Part shown: positions 48,436-59,386 of the stretch, in pieces
Layout of the letters: each line of letters opens with the position of its first letter
How positions within the stretch are numbered: position 1 is the first letter of the stretch
Source: Phormidesmis sp.
GTDB lineage: Bacteria > Cyanobacteriota > Cyanobacteriia > Leptolyngbyales > Leptolyngbyaceae
Length of the DNA: 64,000 nucleotides
Direction: 5' to 3'
Assembly (NCBI GenBank): GCA_965248535.1
Contig: CBDFJR010000005.1
Span: 128,001 to 192,000 of the forward strand
Position numbers and translations under genes: made by a program
Notes under the pieces: generated by a model
The model's input: only the letters and a program-made list of their open reading frames with translations
Database searches by the model: none
What the model was told of the DNA's origin: nothing

Positions 48436-49707
48436 CTATCCGATTTCTCTCTTCCAAGTTGTTTTAGGTGGTTGTGTCTCAGCCAAGAGCGTTCCTTGAA
48501 AGATCACATAGCGCACGATCGCTCGTCGCCGAATCGCGTCGTAGCGATCGTCTGCATCCAACACGATTAGATTGGCAGGTTTGCCGACCTCGATCCCATA
48601 AGCGTCCTGAATGTTGAGCGTTTTAGCCCCGTTGCTTGTCACCATCTCATAGCAGGCATCAATTTCGGGCATCCCGGTCATCTGGCAAACATGCACCGCC
48701 ATCGACGCGACATCCAGCATATTGCCCGTGCCCAGCGAGTACCACGGATCTTGCACGCAGTCGTGGCCTAAACTCACGTTGGTGCCCTGCTGCCACAGTT
48801 CTTTAACACGAGTTACGCCCCGCCGTTTGGGATAGGTATCGGTGCGACCTTGCAGCGTGATGTTGATCAGGGGATTGGCAATGAAATTGATCTGAGTGCG
48901 TTGCAAAAACCCCAAAAGCTTGAATGCGTAAGCGTTGTTGTAAGAGCCAAACGCTGTAGTGTGGCTGGCGGTGACTCGCGATCCCATTTCAGTCCGAATG
49001 GCACAAGCAGCCACCACTTCTAAAAACCGGGATTGATCATCATCAATTTCATCACAGTGAACATCGATTAAGCGATCGTACTTTTCCGCCAGTTCAAAAA
49101 TGCGATGCACCGATCGCACTCCATCTTCACGAGTTAGTTCGTAATGGGGAATGCCGCCCACAGCATCGGCTCCCATTTTGAGCGCTTCTTCCATCAACTC
49201 GTCATTTTTCGGGCTGCCATAGATGCCGTCTTGGGGAAAGGCCACGATTTGTAGTGTGATCCAGTCTTTTACCGCTTCTCGCACTTCTAATAGAGCTTGC
49301 AGAGCCGTTAAACTGGCTTCGCTGACATCGGCGTGACTGCGAACAAAGAGAACCCCTTGAGCCGCCTGCTGTTTGAGCGTCGCGATCGCCCGCCGCTTGA
49401 CGTTATCCAGCGACAAATTTTGTTTATAGTCTCGCCAGATCTCAATGCCCTCAAACAAAGTGCCGCTTTGATTCCAGCGCGGATCGCCTGCTGTCATCGC
49501 CGAGTCGAGATGGATGTGTGACTCAACAAACGGCGGACTGACGAACAGATCGTGAGCGTCTAACTCTAAGTCAGCTACGCCATCAATGTGAGGCGCGATC
49601 GCCGCAATTTTGCCGTCTTGGATCGCAATATCTACGGGTTCAACCAGGTCGGATGGTTGTCGCAATCGACCCTGCCGCAAAATCATCTCATAGACGGGCG
49701 TGGTCAT
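48436..49707 (-). CDS. codA: Cytosine deaminase
   Basis: H.HLD, NQSGTLFEGI, AFPQDG, HCDE, ASH, GHD.V.DPWY. Confidence 0.92.
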   Translation of the reverse strand: MTTPVYEMILRQGRLRQPSDLVEPVDIAIQDGKIAAIAPHIDGVADLELDAHDLFVSPPFVESHIHLDSAMTAGDPRWNQSGTLFEGIEIWRDYKQNLSLDNVKRRAIATLKQQAAQGVLFVRSHADVSEASLTALQALLEVREAVKDWITLQIVAFPQDGIYGSPKNDELMEEALKMGADAVGGIPHYELTREDGVRSVHRIFELAEKYDRLIDVHCDEIDDDQSRFLEVVAACAIRTEMGSRVTASHTTAFGSYNNAYAFKLLGFLQRTQINFIANPLINITLQGRTDTYPKRRGVTRVKELWQQGTNVSLGHDCVQDPWYSLGTGNMLDVASMAVHVCQMTGMPEIDACYEMVTSNGAKTLNIQDAYGIEVGKPANLIVLDADDRYDAIRRRAIVRYVIFQGTLLAETQPPKTTWKREIG

Positions 49708-49848
49708 AAAATTTGCACCTCTGGGCGATCGTCACTCTCCCCAATTTATCCGATCGGGACGGCGCGAAGAGTACCCAAAGGTGCAATCTATCAAGAAGCT
49801 AGGCCTTTGAAAATGATGAAATGAGCAAAGCCCCTTAACTAACTTGCT

Positions 49849-50268
49849 TTAGTGGCTAGGATAGCTGTGCTGCTCGATCAGCGGCTCTAACCAGGGCTGA
49901 AATTCATCTCGACGGAAAATCTGAGCGCGGCGACGATAGTCAAATCTGACTAAGCTAGGCAACCCATGCTTGCGAAGACAGTCTTTGATCCAAGAGGCCA
50001 CTCCTTGACCTGCTTCGGGCAACATCTCGGTTTGAAAAGGGCCATACATCAGCACCAGTTGACTGTTGGTTTGAAGCGGAGCGTCTTGCTCAATCAGCTT
50101 CGTCAGACTGGTTTTGGTGTTTGCAGGGCGACTGCGGGTTGATTCTCCCCATTGATGCGAGGGGGGCACTTCGGCTTTAGAGTCGGGTCGATTGGCTTTG
50201 CGAAGCTCTGAAGGGTTGCTCGCGGATGGGTGGGGGTTTGAGGAACGATGAGAATGTCTGTGGGGCAT
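49849..50268 (-). CDS. Hypothetical protein
   Basis: 139-aa ATG ORF with a GGAG RBS; disordered N-terminus. Confidence 0.55.
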   Translation of the reverse strand: MPHRHSHRSSNPHPSASNPSELRKANRPDSKAEVPPSHQWGESTRSRPANTKTSLTKLIEQDAPLQTNSQLVLMYGPFQTEMLPEAGQGVASWIKDCLRKHGLPSLVRFDYRRRAQIFRRDEFQPWLEPLIEQHSYPSH

Positions 50269-50577
50269 ATAACTCCTTACGAGAGAATATAGAGGTAACA
50301 GATTTACCCCTGCTATCTATCGCAGACCTCATCAGGAACCGTCTGACTTATCGGTAAATGCAACCTAAGTCAAGGTGTAAATCTTTATATCTTGATAATA
50401 TTGTCTTTTATAAAAAACCGCAAACATTAGTTTATCTGTAGGTCAGGTTTGTATAGACGATCACAAAAACATGGTACGCGGGCGTGAGCGATCGAGGGTT
50501 TGGTGCAGACACTACAATCTGTTCTGCTAAATCTGATAAGTTAGCTGGAGACTTCCACAATAAGATAACGGTGAATC

Positions 50578-51714
50578 ATGACTGTCTGCGAATTTAGGGC
50601 AGGTCTAGAAGGCGTTCCAGCAACCCAGTCCAGCATTAGCTTCGTGGACGGGCAAAAAGGCATCTTGGAATATCGGGGCATCCCCATCCATGAACTCGCT
50701 GAAAAAAGCACCTTTTTGGAAACAGCCTATCTGCTGATCTGGAACGAGTTGCCAACCAAAGAAGAGTTAGAAGCCTTTAAAAATGAGATCCGATATCATC
50801 GAAGGCTGAAATACCGCATTCGAGACATGATGAAGTGCTTTCCTGAGAGCGGTCATCCGATGGATGCGCTTCAGGCTTGCGCGGCAGCATTGGGGCTGTT
50901 TTATTCTCGTCGCGCTTTAGACGACCCTACGTATATTCGGGCGGCTGTCGTCAGGCTTCTGGCCAAGATTCCGACAATGGTGGCCGCCTTTCAACTAATG
51001 CGAAAGGGAAATGATCCAGTTCAGCCTCGCGATGATCTGAGCTATGCCGCCAACTTTCTCTATATGCTGAATGAGAAAGAACCCGACCCACTCGCTGCCC
51101 GAATTTTTGAAGTGTGTCTGGTGCTTCACGCCGAGCACACGATCAATGCTTCGACCTTTTCGGCGATGGTGACGGCTTCGACGCTGACCGACCCTTACGC
51201 GGTGATTGCCTCGGCGGTGGGAACCTTGGCCGGCCCCCTGCACGGGGGAGCCAGCGAAGAAGTGATTGAAATGCTCGAAGAGATCGGCTCGGTTGAGAAC
51301 GTGCGTCCGTTTTTAGACGATCGACTTCAGCGCAAAGCAAAAATCATGGGCTTTGGGCACCGAGTCTACAAAGTTAAAGACCCCAGAGCTATTATTTTGC
51401 AGCAACTGGCCGAACAACTGTTTGAGAAATTTGGGCACGACAAATATTACGACATTGCGACAGAGCTAGAGCGGGCTGTTGAAGAAAAACTGGGCGGCAA
51501 GGGCATTTACCCCAACGTCGATTTTTATTCGGGTTTGGTTTATCGCAAGTTGGGCATTCCGACAGACCTGTTTACGCCTGTGTTTGCGATCTCTCGCGTC
51601 GCAGGCTGGCTGGCTCATTGGAAAGAGCAGTTGAACGAAAATCGAATCTTCAGACCGACGCAGATCTATACCGGGTTGCATTCAGCACCCTATGTGTCGA
51701 TCGACGATCGCTAG
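50578..51714 (+). CDS. gltA: Citrate synthase
   Basis: GLEGV, HAEH..NAST, GPLHGGA, GFGHRVYK, PNVDFYSG. Confidence 0.97.
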   Translation: MTVCEFRAGLEGVPATQSSISFVDGQKGILEYRGIPIHELAEKSTFLETAYLLIWNELPTKEELEAFKNEIRYHRRLKYRIRDMMKCFPESGHPMDALQACAAALGLFYSRRALDDPTYIRAAVVRLLAKIPTMVAAFQLMRKGNDPVQPRDDLSYAANFLYMLNEKEPDPLAARIFEVCLVLHAEHTINASTFSAMVTASTLTDPYAVIASAVGTLAGPLHGGASEEVIEMLEEIGSVENVRPFLDDRLQRKAKIMGFGHRVYKVKDPRAIILQQLAEQLFEKFGHDKYYDIATELERAVEEKLGGKGIYPNVDFYSGLVYRKLGIPTDLFTPVFAISRVAGWLAHWKEQLNENRIFRPTQIYTGLHSAPYVSIDDR

Positions 51715-51800
51715 TTCAACCCCAAATGCAGGGTGTCACCCCTCTTCCCCGATTGACGATCCCTTGCAACTATAGTCAGGTGACGATTTTCAGGAACTCC

Positions 51801-51835
51801 AGCCCCCAAGATTCTTGCTTTTGGGGGCTTCTTTT
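51801..51835 (+). terminator. Intrinsic terminator after gltA
   Basis: agcccccaa ... ttgggggct followed by tctttt. Confidence 0.75.
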
Positions 51836-52075
51836 ATGGAGGGTAAAATCGGTCACCTCTAATCAGCCTAAATTGCTGCTTGAATTTGAAATCACTATTC
51901 AGTGAAATGAATGCAAACGATTGATTAGTTTGATGACCCGAAAGGCTCAAATTCAAGACCTTGATGCAATTCTGTTCCATCAGGAAAGATATACTGATAG
52001 GCGTTAATGTCGCCCAGGAACTTCATCTTGGGGTGAGTGAGCGGCGAACACAGCAATGATTTGAGTTGGGAAAGC

Positions 52076-53194
52076 ATGAACCCAGGAATCGACCTTCAAG
52101 GAACTTTTATTGAATCTGTCAAAGGTTTTAGCATCCCCCCTGGGGCTGCGAGAGCACTTTGGTTGCCTTTGCCGATGCTGATCGTGCTGGTAGCTGCAAC
52201 CGTGAGTGTGTTGGCATCGGTTTGGCTAGAGCGAAAAATTTCTGCTGCTGCCCAACAGCGAATCGGCCCAGAATTCATGGGCCCGTTGGGCATTTTGGCT
52301 CCTTTAGCAGACGGGCTAAAACTAGTTTTTAAAGAAGACACTACACCGTCGAAAGCAGATGGGCTGTTGTTTACGCTGGGCCCGGCGATCGTCGTTATTC
52401 CCGTTTTTCTCTCCTACCTGATTGTCCCGTTTGGGCAAAATCTGCTCATTGCCGATGTCGGAATGGGCGTGTTTTTGTGGATTGCGCTGTCGAGCATCGT
52501 CCCGATCGGGCTATTGATGTCGGGCTATGCCTCTAATAATAAATATTCGCTGCTGGGGGGTCTGCGCGCTGCCGCCCAATCGATTAGCTATGAGTTGCCT
52601 TTGGCGCTGTCGGTGCTGGCGATCGTCATGATGTCTGGCTCCCTCAGCACCGTGGATATCGTGCAGCAGCAGTCAGGCTACGGCATTTTGGGCTGGAATA
52701 TTTGGCGGCAGCCCGTCGGGTTTCTGATTTTCTGGATTGCGGCCCTGGCTGAATGTGAGCGCATTCCCTTTGACTTGCCAGAGGCTGAAGAAGAACTGGT
52801 GGCAGGCTATCAGACTGAATATTCGGGCATGAAGTTTGCTCTTTTCTATCTGGGGTCTTATGTCAACCTCACCCTGTCGGCGCTGCTGTTTGCAATTCTC
52901 TATCTCGGCGGCTGGGAGTTTCCGGTGAGTGTCGGCACGATCGCTAGCTGGATTGGAGTCAGCGAAAACACGCCTTGGCTGCAAGTGGTCACGGCCACGA
53001 TCGGCATCACCATGACCTTGTTAAAGGCTTACTTCTTAGTATTCATCGCGATTTTGATGCGCTGGACGGTTCCCCGCGTCCGCATTGACCAATTGCTAGA
53101 CTTGGGATGGAAGTTTCTGCTCCCCGTTTCGCTGGTCAACTTACTGCTGACGGCTGGCCTAAAGCTGGCGTTTCCTGTTGCCTTTGGCGGTTAA
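52076..53194 (+). CDS. ndhA: NAD(P)H-quinone oxidoreductase subunit 1
   Basis: [39 protein letters not shown] at 52076. Confidence 0.96.
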   Translation: MNPGIDLQGTFIESVKGFSIPPGAARALWLPLPMLIVLVAATVSVLASVWLERKISAAAQQRIGPEFMGPLGILAPLADGLKLVFKEDTTPSKADGLLFTLGPAIVVIPVFLSYLIVPFGQNLLIADVGMGVFLWIALSSIVPIGLLMSGYASNNKYSLLGGLRAAAQSISYELPLALSVLAIVMMSGSLSTVDIVQQQSGYGILGWNIWRQPVGFLIFWIAALAECERIPFDLPEAEEELVAGYQTEYSGMKFALFYLGSYVNLTLSALLFAILYLGGWEFPVSVGTIASWIGVSENTPWLQVVTATIGITMTLLKAYFLVFIAILMRWTVPRVRIDQLLDLGWKFLLPVSLVNLLLTAGLKLAFPVAFGG

Positions 53195-53230
53195 GCTCCC
53201 TCCCCTACCCCTTTTAAGCGGAGAACATTG

Positions 53231-53824
53231 ATGCTCAAGTTTCTTAAGCAAGTTGGTGACTACACCAAAGAGGCGTTTCAGGCGGGCAAATATATCGGTC
53301 AGGGGCTATCTGTGACCTTTGACCACATGCGCCGCCGCCCGATCACCGTTCAATATCCCTACGAAAAGCTGATTCTCTCAGAGCGATTTCGCGGACGAAT
53401 TCACTTTGAGTTTGACAAGTGCATTTCTTGCGAAGTCTGTGTGCGAGTGTGCCCGATCAACCTGCCCGTGGTCGATTGGGACTTTAACAAAGAAACCAAG
53501 AAAAAGCAGCTTAAGCACTACAGTATTGACTTTGGAGTCTGCATTTTTTGCGGCAACTGTGTCGAATATTGTCCGACTAACTGTTTGTCGATGACCGAAG
53601 AATATGAGATGTCAACCTACGATCGCCACGAGCTAAATTACGATAGCGTGGCGTTAGGTCGTCTGCCTTATAAAGTCACCGATGACCCGATGGTGACTCC
53701 GTTGAGAGAGTTTGCTTACCTGCCCAAAGGGGTGTTTGACCCTCACGATCTCCCCGCAGGTTCGCGCCGTTCTGGGTTGCGTCCAGAAGAAATTTTAGAC
53801 AAAGAACCCCAAGAACAGGAGTAA
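53231..53824 (+). CDS. ndhI: NAD(P)H-quinone oxidoreductase subunit I
   Basis: Two 4Fe-4S motifs [12 protein letters not shown] and [12 protein letters not shown]. Confidence 0.96.
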   Translation: MLKFLKQVGDYTKEAFQAGKYIGQGLSVTFDHMRRRPITVQYPYEKLILSERFRGRIHFEFDKCISCEVCVRVCPINLPVVDWDFNKETKKKQLKHYSIDFGVCIFCGNCVEYCPTNCLSMTEEYEMSTYDRHELNYDSVALGRLPYKVTDDPMVTPLREFAYLPKGVFDPHDLPAGSRRSGLRPEEILDKEPQEQE

Positions 53825-53829
53825 AGAGC

Positions 53830-54444
53830 GTGAATTTAGCCGAAGGAGTTCAAATCGTCTCGCTGGGCGTGCTGGCGTTGATGATGGTGGGGTCTGCTTT
53901 GGGTGTGGTGCTGTTGAGCAATATCGTCTATTCAGCGTTCTTGCTGGGCGGTGTGTTTATCAGCATTGCGGGACTGTATCTGCTGCTCAATGCCGACTTT
54001 GTGGCGGCGGCTCAGGTCTTGATCTACGTCGGAGCGGTTAACGTGCTGATTTTGTTTGCCATCATGCTGGTCAACAAGCGCGAAGACTTTAAAGTAGTGC
54101 CGAGAATCTGGATCAGGCAGGTGGCGACAGCATTTGTGTGTTTGGGCATTTTTGCTCTGCTGGGCACGATGGTGGTGACGACTCCTTGGGCGATCTCAAC
54201 CGAAACGGCGGCCGGAGACTCTTCGATCGTCCGCATCGGTCTCCATTTCTTTAGTGATTTTCTCTTGCCTTTTGAGTTGGCTTCGATCTTGCTGCTGATG
54301 GCGCTGGTGGGCGCGATCGTGCTAGCTCGTCGAGAGTTTCTGCCCGAAACTGAGCTTGAGTCAGACGGCACTGAGTCGCTAACCTTGCCAGAGCGCCCTC
54401 GTGAGTTAATCACCACAGGTCGCGCTGACACCACTATTCAATAA
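53830..54444 (+). CDS. ndhG: NAD(P)H-quinone oxidoreductase subunit 6
   Basis: [28 protein letters not shown] start. Confidence 0.95.
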   Translation: MNLAEGVQIVSLGVLALMMVGSALGVVLLSNIVYSAFLLGGVFISIAGLYLLLNADFVAAAQVLIYVGAVNVLILFAIMLVNKREDFKVVPRIWIRQVATAFVCLGIFALLGTMVVTTPWAISTETAAGDSSIVRIGLHFFSDFLLPFELASILLLMALVGAIVLARREFLPETELESDGTESLTLPERPRELITTGRADTTIQ

Positions 54445-54455
54445 GGGTTGAGATT

Positions 54456-54761
54456 ATGCAACTTCAGTACTTTTTACTTCTGGCGGCGGCGCTGTTTTGC
54501 ATTGGCATTTATGGACTGATTACGAGCCGCAATGCTGTGCGGGTGTTGATGTCGATCGAGCTAATGCTGAATGCAGTCAACCTTAATCTGATGGCGTTTT
54601 CTAACTATCTCGACCCGCAGACGATTAAAGGTCAGGTTTTCACTATTTTTGTGATCACGATCGCGGCGGCCGAAGCGGCCGTTGGGTTGGCGATCGTGCT
54701 AGCCATCTACCGCAACCGCAACACGGTCGATATGGAGCAGTTCAACTTGCTCAAGTGGTAG
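54456..54761 (+). CDS. ndhE: NAD(P)H-quinone oxidoreductase subunit 4L
   Basis: [25 protein letters not shown]. Confidence 0.96.
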   Translation: MQLQYFLLLAAALFCIGIYGLITSRNAVRVLMSIELMLNAVNLNLMAFSNYLDPQTIKGQVFTIFVITIAAAEAAVGLAIVLAIYRNRNTVDMEQFNLLKW

Positions 54762-54789
54762 TAGATATCCCAATTTGATTTGTAATGTT

Positions 54790-54820
54790 AAGGGCGCAAG
54801 CAATTGCGCCTTTATTTTTT
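54790..54820 (+). terminator. Intrinsic terminator after ndhE
   Basis: agggcgcaa-gcaa-ttgcgcctt followed by a T-rich tract. Confidence 0.75.
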
Positions 54821-54921
54821 AGGGTGATTTTGCGGTGATTTTTGCTGGTTGCTTCTATGATCAGAAGCACTCAAATCAAGTTTCCTTCAGCCCACCCTTT
54901 TCGTCGCTGAATTTGCCCTCT

Positions 54922-56790
54922 ATGCCTGAGACCTCTCCCCTTTACGATCGCTATTTAGCCCTCATTGATCAGATTGTGCAACTCACGCTCAAGGGCAGCA
55001 TTCGCTCTAAAGAGCAGGTTTATCAAATGCTGCTGCAAGAAGCCGAACCGGGCACCGGAGAAGAATTTGAGCACTGCTTGCGCGATCGCTTCACCACCAC
55101 ACAGCGACAAGCCGACGATCCTCAAAACGAGGCCAAACAAGCGCGGGCAACTCGTTCTTTAAGGGCGCTGCAAACTATTCAGGGCGAGTGGGATCGCTGG
55201 CAAACTCAAACGCGATCGCGAGAAGCGATCGTCAGCGCGCTCCACCAGATCACGCAGGCAGATTCGACGCAGCGCCTGCTGGCTTTTCTCAAATTCACTG
55301 ACCCAAATCATCCTCAAAAGCTTGCGCCTGAGCAGCTTAAACAACTGGCAGCTACCTTGCGTCAGTCGCCGATTTCCGATCCGACGTTAAAAGAAGATCT
55401 GGGGCAGATCGCTGACGGCATTTCTCGTGGGCTAGAGTCTTGGCAACCCCTGCAAGATCATCTGATTAGCTGGATCTATGATCCCGATCAACTCGGATTT
55501 GAAGGCGCGTCTGGGCAAAGCAACCCCTGGGCAACTTGGGCAAAACAGCCGATCGGGGCGGTGCCAAAATCGCTGTTTCAGGCGCTCTATGAGCAGCAGT
55601 CTGGCAGCGATTGGGCAGCCAGTCAAACCGAGATGACGCTGGCCGCTTGGGTCGAGTTGGCGATCGTGCTGCAAGCGATCGAGCATGGGCTGGTGGGGTG
55701 GGCCGAAAATCTGGTCTACAACTCTAAAGCGGGGGCAAAACTGGCGATCGCGATTTTTCTCACTTTTGGCGTGATCTGGTCGCAGCTAGCCAATGGCTTT
55801 AGCCGATCGACCTCGCTGAATTCGCTGACTCGCGATCGCTACACCGAAGCCGCCTTTCGCATCACTCTGCAAGGTCTGCGGGTCTTTTCTCAACGCGATT
55901 ATTTTCCGCTCTATGGCACGGTGTTTGCCTCGTTTACGGGTGGATATTTCCGCAACGCCATGAGCTACCTGAGTGAGCCGCTCAACCGCGCTGAAGGCAC
56001 GCAAGAAAAAGCGCGAATTCTGACCTTGTTGGGGTCATCGCAGCGAGTGCGAGGCCCGCTCGACTTGGCCAAAGAAATGCACTCCACGGCGAGAGACATT
56101 GCTCAGGAGGCGGGCGATCGTCCCTGTGAGATTGCCAACCTCAACCACCTGAGCCGGATTGGAGTGATCGAAAAAGCCTACGCAGAGGCGATCAGCTACA
56201 GCCAACGAGCGCTGATGTTAAGTCGGCAGAGCGGCGATCGCATGGGAGAAGCCAACGCCCTCGCTAATTTGGGCTATGGCGAAGTGTTTCAAGCCCAGCA
56301 GCTTGAGTCGGCACCAGAGGTTTATGAAACCGCGATCGCCTATTTAGAACAAGGACTTGAACTCTCAGAGCGATTGGGAGACGGGCAGAGTAAAGCACTT
56401 TGCTACACCAGTTTGGGCAATGCTTACGTCATTTTGGGCGAACCACAAAAAGCGCTGAAGTTCTTAGAAAGCGGCATTCACGCGGCCGAATTTTCCGGCG
56501 ATCTCTACATTCAAGCGATTAATTTGGCGCAGCTTGGCGAAGCCTTCTATCAGCTAGAAGCCTATGGCAAAGCGGTGTTATCCGCTTCTCTGGCGATGTA
56601 TAAGCTTGAACAAATGGGGTCTAACGATTGGCGACAGAGTGCTGGGTTGCTGACTGTTTTGCAAGGGCGATTGGGTGAGTCGTTTCAGTCAGTTTTAGCA
56701 GGGCAGCGATCGCAGCTTCTAGAAATAATTGGGGTCGATGGCTATGACTATCTAGCCGAGTTGTTAGAACGATATCGCACGTCGTCGTGA
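54922..56790 (+). CDS. Tetratricopeptide repeat protein
   Basis: C-terminal TPRs (EIANLNHL, EANALANLG, CYTSLG); ATG at 54922. Confidence 0.8.
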   Translation: MPETSPLYDRYLALIDQIVQLTLKGSIRSKEQVYQMLLQEAEPGTGEEFEHCLRDRFTTTQRQADDPQNEAKQARATRSLRALQTIQGEWDRWQTQTRSREAIVSALHQITQADSTQRLLAFLKFTDPNHPQKLAPEQLKQLAATLRQSPISDPTLKEDLGQIADGISRGLESWQPLQDHLISWIYDPDQLGFEGASGQSNPWATWAKQPIGAVPKSLFQALYEQQSGSDWAASQTEMTLAAWVELAIVLQAIEHGLVGWAENLVYNSKAGAKLAIAIFLTFGVIWSQLANGFSRSTSLNSLTRDRYTEAAFRITLQGLRVFSQRDYFPLYGTVFASFTGGYFRNAMSYLSEPLNRAEGTQEKARILTLLGSSQRVRGPLDLAKEMHSTARDIAQEAGDRPCEIANLNHLSRIGVIEKAYAEAISYSQRALMLSRQSGDRMGEANALANLGYGEVFQAQQLESAPEVYETAIAYLEQGLELSERLGDGQSKALCYTSLGNAYVILGEPQKALKFLESGIHAAEFSGDLYIQAINLAQLGEAFYQLEAYGKAVLSASLAMYKLEQMGSNDWRQSAGLLTVLQGRLGESFQSVLAGQRSQLLEIIGVDGYDYLAELLERYRTSS

Positions 56791-56923
56791 GCAGGCGATC
56801 TAGGTCACTGACGAGCGTCTGAAATAGTGCCACTTCGAGAAGAGTAACAACCCTCCGTCAGTCCTTTATGTGGCTTGTAATACTAAAGGCTGTGAACTCT
56901 TTCAACCTGAGGCTGTGAATTCG

Positions 56924-57343
56924 ATGAAATCCCATAAGCGTTGGTCAGTGGTGCCCACGGCGATCGCTGCCGTTCTCACTCTTGCAGGGGTTGCCTCTAG
57001 TCAAATGGTGGCGGTTTCCCCAAACTCTTCAAAAGTGACCCTTGATGGCACCTCTGGGGGGTCTAAAAAAGATCCCGGCTGTGCGGGGTTTATTGCTGAC
57101 GTGCCCAACCACACGATTCAAGTCACCGCAGACAGCAACCTGCTCTTCAGCCTCCAGGGTGCGGGTCAGCCGACGCTGCTGATCACGGGGGCGCAGGGGC
57201 AAACCGTCTGTGTGCAGGCTGATAGTCTATCAGGGGGCAAAATTGAGGTTCCGGGGCGCTGGAGCAAGGGCACCTATTCGGTTTATGTTGGCGATCGTGC
57301 TCAGGGTCGCAATCCCTACAAGCTATCGATTATTCCTAGATAA
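56924..57343 (+). CDS. Small secreted protein (PPC-like beta domain)
   Basis: Signal peptide; CAGFI..PNH, PTLLI.G, G.Y.VYVG; ATG at 56924. Confidence 0.7.
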   Translation: MKSHKRWSVVPTAIAAVLTLAGVASSQMVAVSPNSSKVTLDGTSGGSKKDPGCAGFIADVPNHTIQVTADSNLLFSLQGAGQPTLLITGAQGQTVCVQADSLSGGKIEVPGRWSKGTYSVYVGDRAQGRNPYKLSIIPR

Positions 57344-57368
57344 GGTCGGTAGGTAAGCTAGACAGGCT

Positions 57369-57401
57369 AAGCGGACAGGAGTTTGATTCTTCTGTCCGCT
57401 T
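57369..57401. terminator. Stem-loop between convergent genes
   Basis: aagcggacag ... ctgtccgctt. Confidence 0.7.
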
Positions 57402-57456
57402 GATTTTGTGAAAATCTGGTTTTGAGCCTCCACGATCGCTAAAGAGCATCGGTTGC

Positions 57457-57858
57457 TTAGGGGCGTTGCCCTAAGCGATTGATCACCTTTAAGAGTTCAT
57501 CAAAGGCCACGTCTTTTTTGCAAAAGGCATCCACCTTCGCAGTTTGCAGCATCACTTCAGTCTGCGGATCTTCTAGAGATGAATAGGCCAGAATCTTGAT
57601 GTTGGGATGGTCAATTTTAATTTGAGTTGATGCGCTCAACCCATCCATCACGGGCATCTGCAAGTCGATGACAATGACATCGGGCAAGTAACGATTGGCC
57701 ATTTCGACCGCTTCTTTCCCGTTGCTTGCCAGACCTACTAACTCGATTCCAACCTGCTGCAAGGCGTGCTTGAGGCTGATACGGGTTAGCTCATGATCAT
57801 CGACGACTAATACACGCAACACTTGACGCTCACAAGACAGCATTTGAACCTGGGACAT
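57457..57858 (-). CDS. Single-domain response regulator
   Basis: VLVVDDH, IDLQMPVMDG, YSS, K; no output domain. Confidence 0.9.
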   Translation of the reverse strand: MSQVQMLSCERQVLRVLVVDDHELTRISLKHALQQVGIELVGLASNGKEAVEMANRYLPDVIVIDLQMPVMDGLSASTQIKIDHPNIKILAYSSLEDPQTEVMLQTAKVDAFCKKDVAFDELLKVINRLGQRP

Positions 57859-57881
57859 GGATCTTTGATAGCTAGGTAGAG

Positions 57882-57897
57882 TGTAGCCGTTTCTACA
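57882..57897. promoter_or_regulatory. Candidate NtcA box
   Basis: TGTA-gccgtttc-TACA matches the extended GTA-N8-TAC consensus, about 24 nt upstream of the response-regulator ATG. Confidence 0.45.
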
Positions 57898-57964
57898 TAC
57901 TGAGTCCTCTACCGCAAGGGTTAGCCAATGCTAAAACTCACCCTATTGCATCTGAAGGCAGGGT

Positions 57965-58954
57965 CTACATCCAGTCTTTGAGCAGAGCCTGACGGCGAGG
58001 GTGGCGCAGTTTTCTCATCGCCTTGGCCTGAATCTGCCGCACCCGCTCACGAGATAGCTGATAGCGCTCACCGATCTCAGTCAGAGTGTAGTGTTGCCCA
58101 TCGGTCAAGCCAAACCGCAGTTTGATGATTTCTCGCTCCCGATCGCTCAAGTGATCTAACACCGAGTTAAGGCGATCGCACAACAGGTTGTGATCGAGCG
58201 ACTGGTTGGGTGCTACATTGTCAGCGTCTTGGATTAGCTGCATTAACTCAGTGTCTTCGTCACGCCCCACCCAAGCATGAAGGGAGAGGGTGCGCTGGCT
58301 TACATCTAAGACTTGCTCTAGTTTGTCTTCATCCATATCTAGTGCCCCAGCCAGTTCTTGCTTAGTAGGCTTCCGTCCTAGAGTCTGGGTGAGGGTCTGC
58401 CGCACTTTGCGAACCTGGTTGAGTTTTTCGACCATGTGAACGGGGAGACGAACCGTTCGAGATTGAGAAGCGATCGCGCGGGTAATGCCCTGGCGAATCC
58501 ACCAATACGCATAGGTTGAGAATTTGTAGCCACGCTCATAATCAAACTTTTCGGCGGCTCTCATCAGCCCCATTGCGCCTTCTTGAATCAAATCTAGAAA
58601 AGGCACTCCACGATTGAGATATTTTTTAGCAATAGAAACCACTAAACGAAGGTTTGCGCGGACGAGTTTGCGCTTGGCCTTCTCACCCTGAGCACCGCCT
58701 TTGGCGATTTCTCTAGCCAGTTCGATCTCTTGCGCTTGAGTCAGCAGGGGGTAGCGGGCCATTTCTCGTAAAAACATCCCCACTGAGTCATCAGTAAGAC
58801 CGAGATAATCGCTGGTTTTTCCTTTGACCGATCGTGACAGAGTTTCTGGATCAAACTCTTCTTTGTCTAAGGATTCCAGTTCAGTCGGGTCAATGTCGAG
58901 ATCAACAGGAACTGAGTCAACCGAAGCGGGGGTGGTAGGAACTTTAGTTGTCAT
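57965..58954 (-). CDS. Sigma-70 factor, RpoD/SigA-like (probably group 2)
   Basis: [39 protein letters not shown]. Confidence 0.93.
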   Translation of the reverse strand: MTTKVPTTPASVDSVPVDLDIDPTELESLDKEEFDPETLSRSVKGKTSDYLGLTDDSVGMFLREMARYPLLTQAQEIELAREIAKGGAQGEKAKRKLVRANLRLVVSIAKKYLNRGVPFLDLIQEGAMGLMRAAEKFDYERGYKFSTYAYWWIRQGITRAIASQSRTVRLPVHMVEKLNQVRKVRQTLTQTLGRKPTKQELAGALDMDEDKLEQVLDVSQRTLSLHAWVGRDEDTELMQLIQDADNVAPNQSLDHNLLCDRLNSVLDHLSDREREIIKLRFGLTDGQHYTLTEIGERYQLSRERVRQIQAKAMRKLRHPRRQALLKDWM

Positions 58955-59386
58955 TGGGTTGGGGGCAAGGTTGCTAATTTATATTCAAAAATTTGAATCC
59001 AACTGTAGCTTACTTTTTGGTCATTGTTCACATCTTTTTTGAGAAAGATTGGCTTTTTTGAATGTTTTTTTATTTGAAGTTGTTATTTCTGGTTTATGAG
59101 CCGAAAATTCATCTTTTTTTAACCCGATTTCCGTGCCTTTACGGAAGAAATAGGGGTGCCTGAAAGCGCTATAGTAAGCAGTTTTGTTGATTAAGGGTGT
59201 TGAGTTTGGAGAATGGCTGCACCGATCAAGACGGGAACTATTTTGAAAACAAAGATCTCAAACAAAACAATAGGCAACTGGAATGGATTACCCGTTGCCT
59301 ATGAGTCACTTCTCTAGGAGTTTTCTTCAGTTCAATCGATCAAACGTAGTGGCTTCTCTAGAGTCTGACCACTCATCTCTGTCTCT

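Noticed and set aside
25701..49707. EndoU + NupC pair + cytosine deaminase as one nucleic-acid scavenging cluster
   Set aside because: The genes are dispersed among unrelated housekeeping genes and I saw no shared regulatory motif.
50294..50306. GTA...TAC palindrome upstream of the 49849-50268 gene as an NtcA site
   Set aside because: Spacer is 7 nt, not 8.
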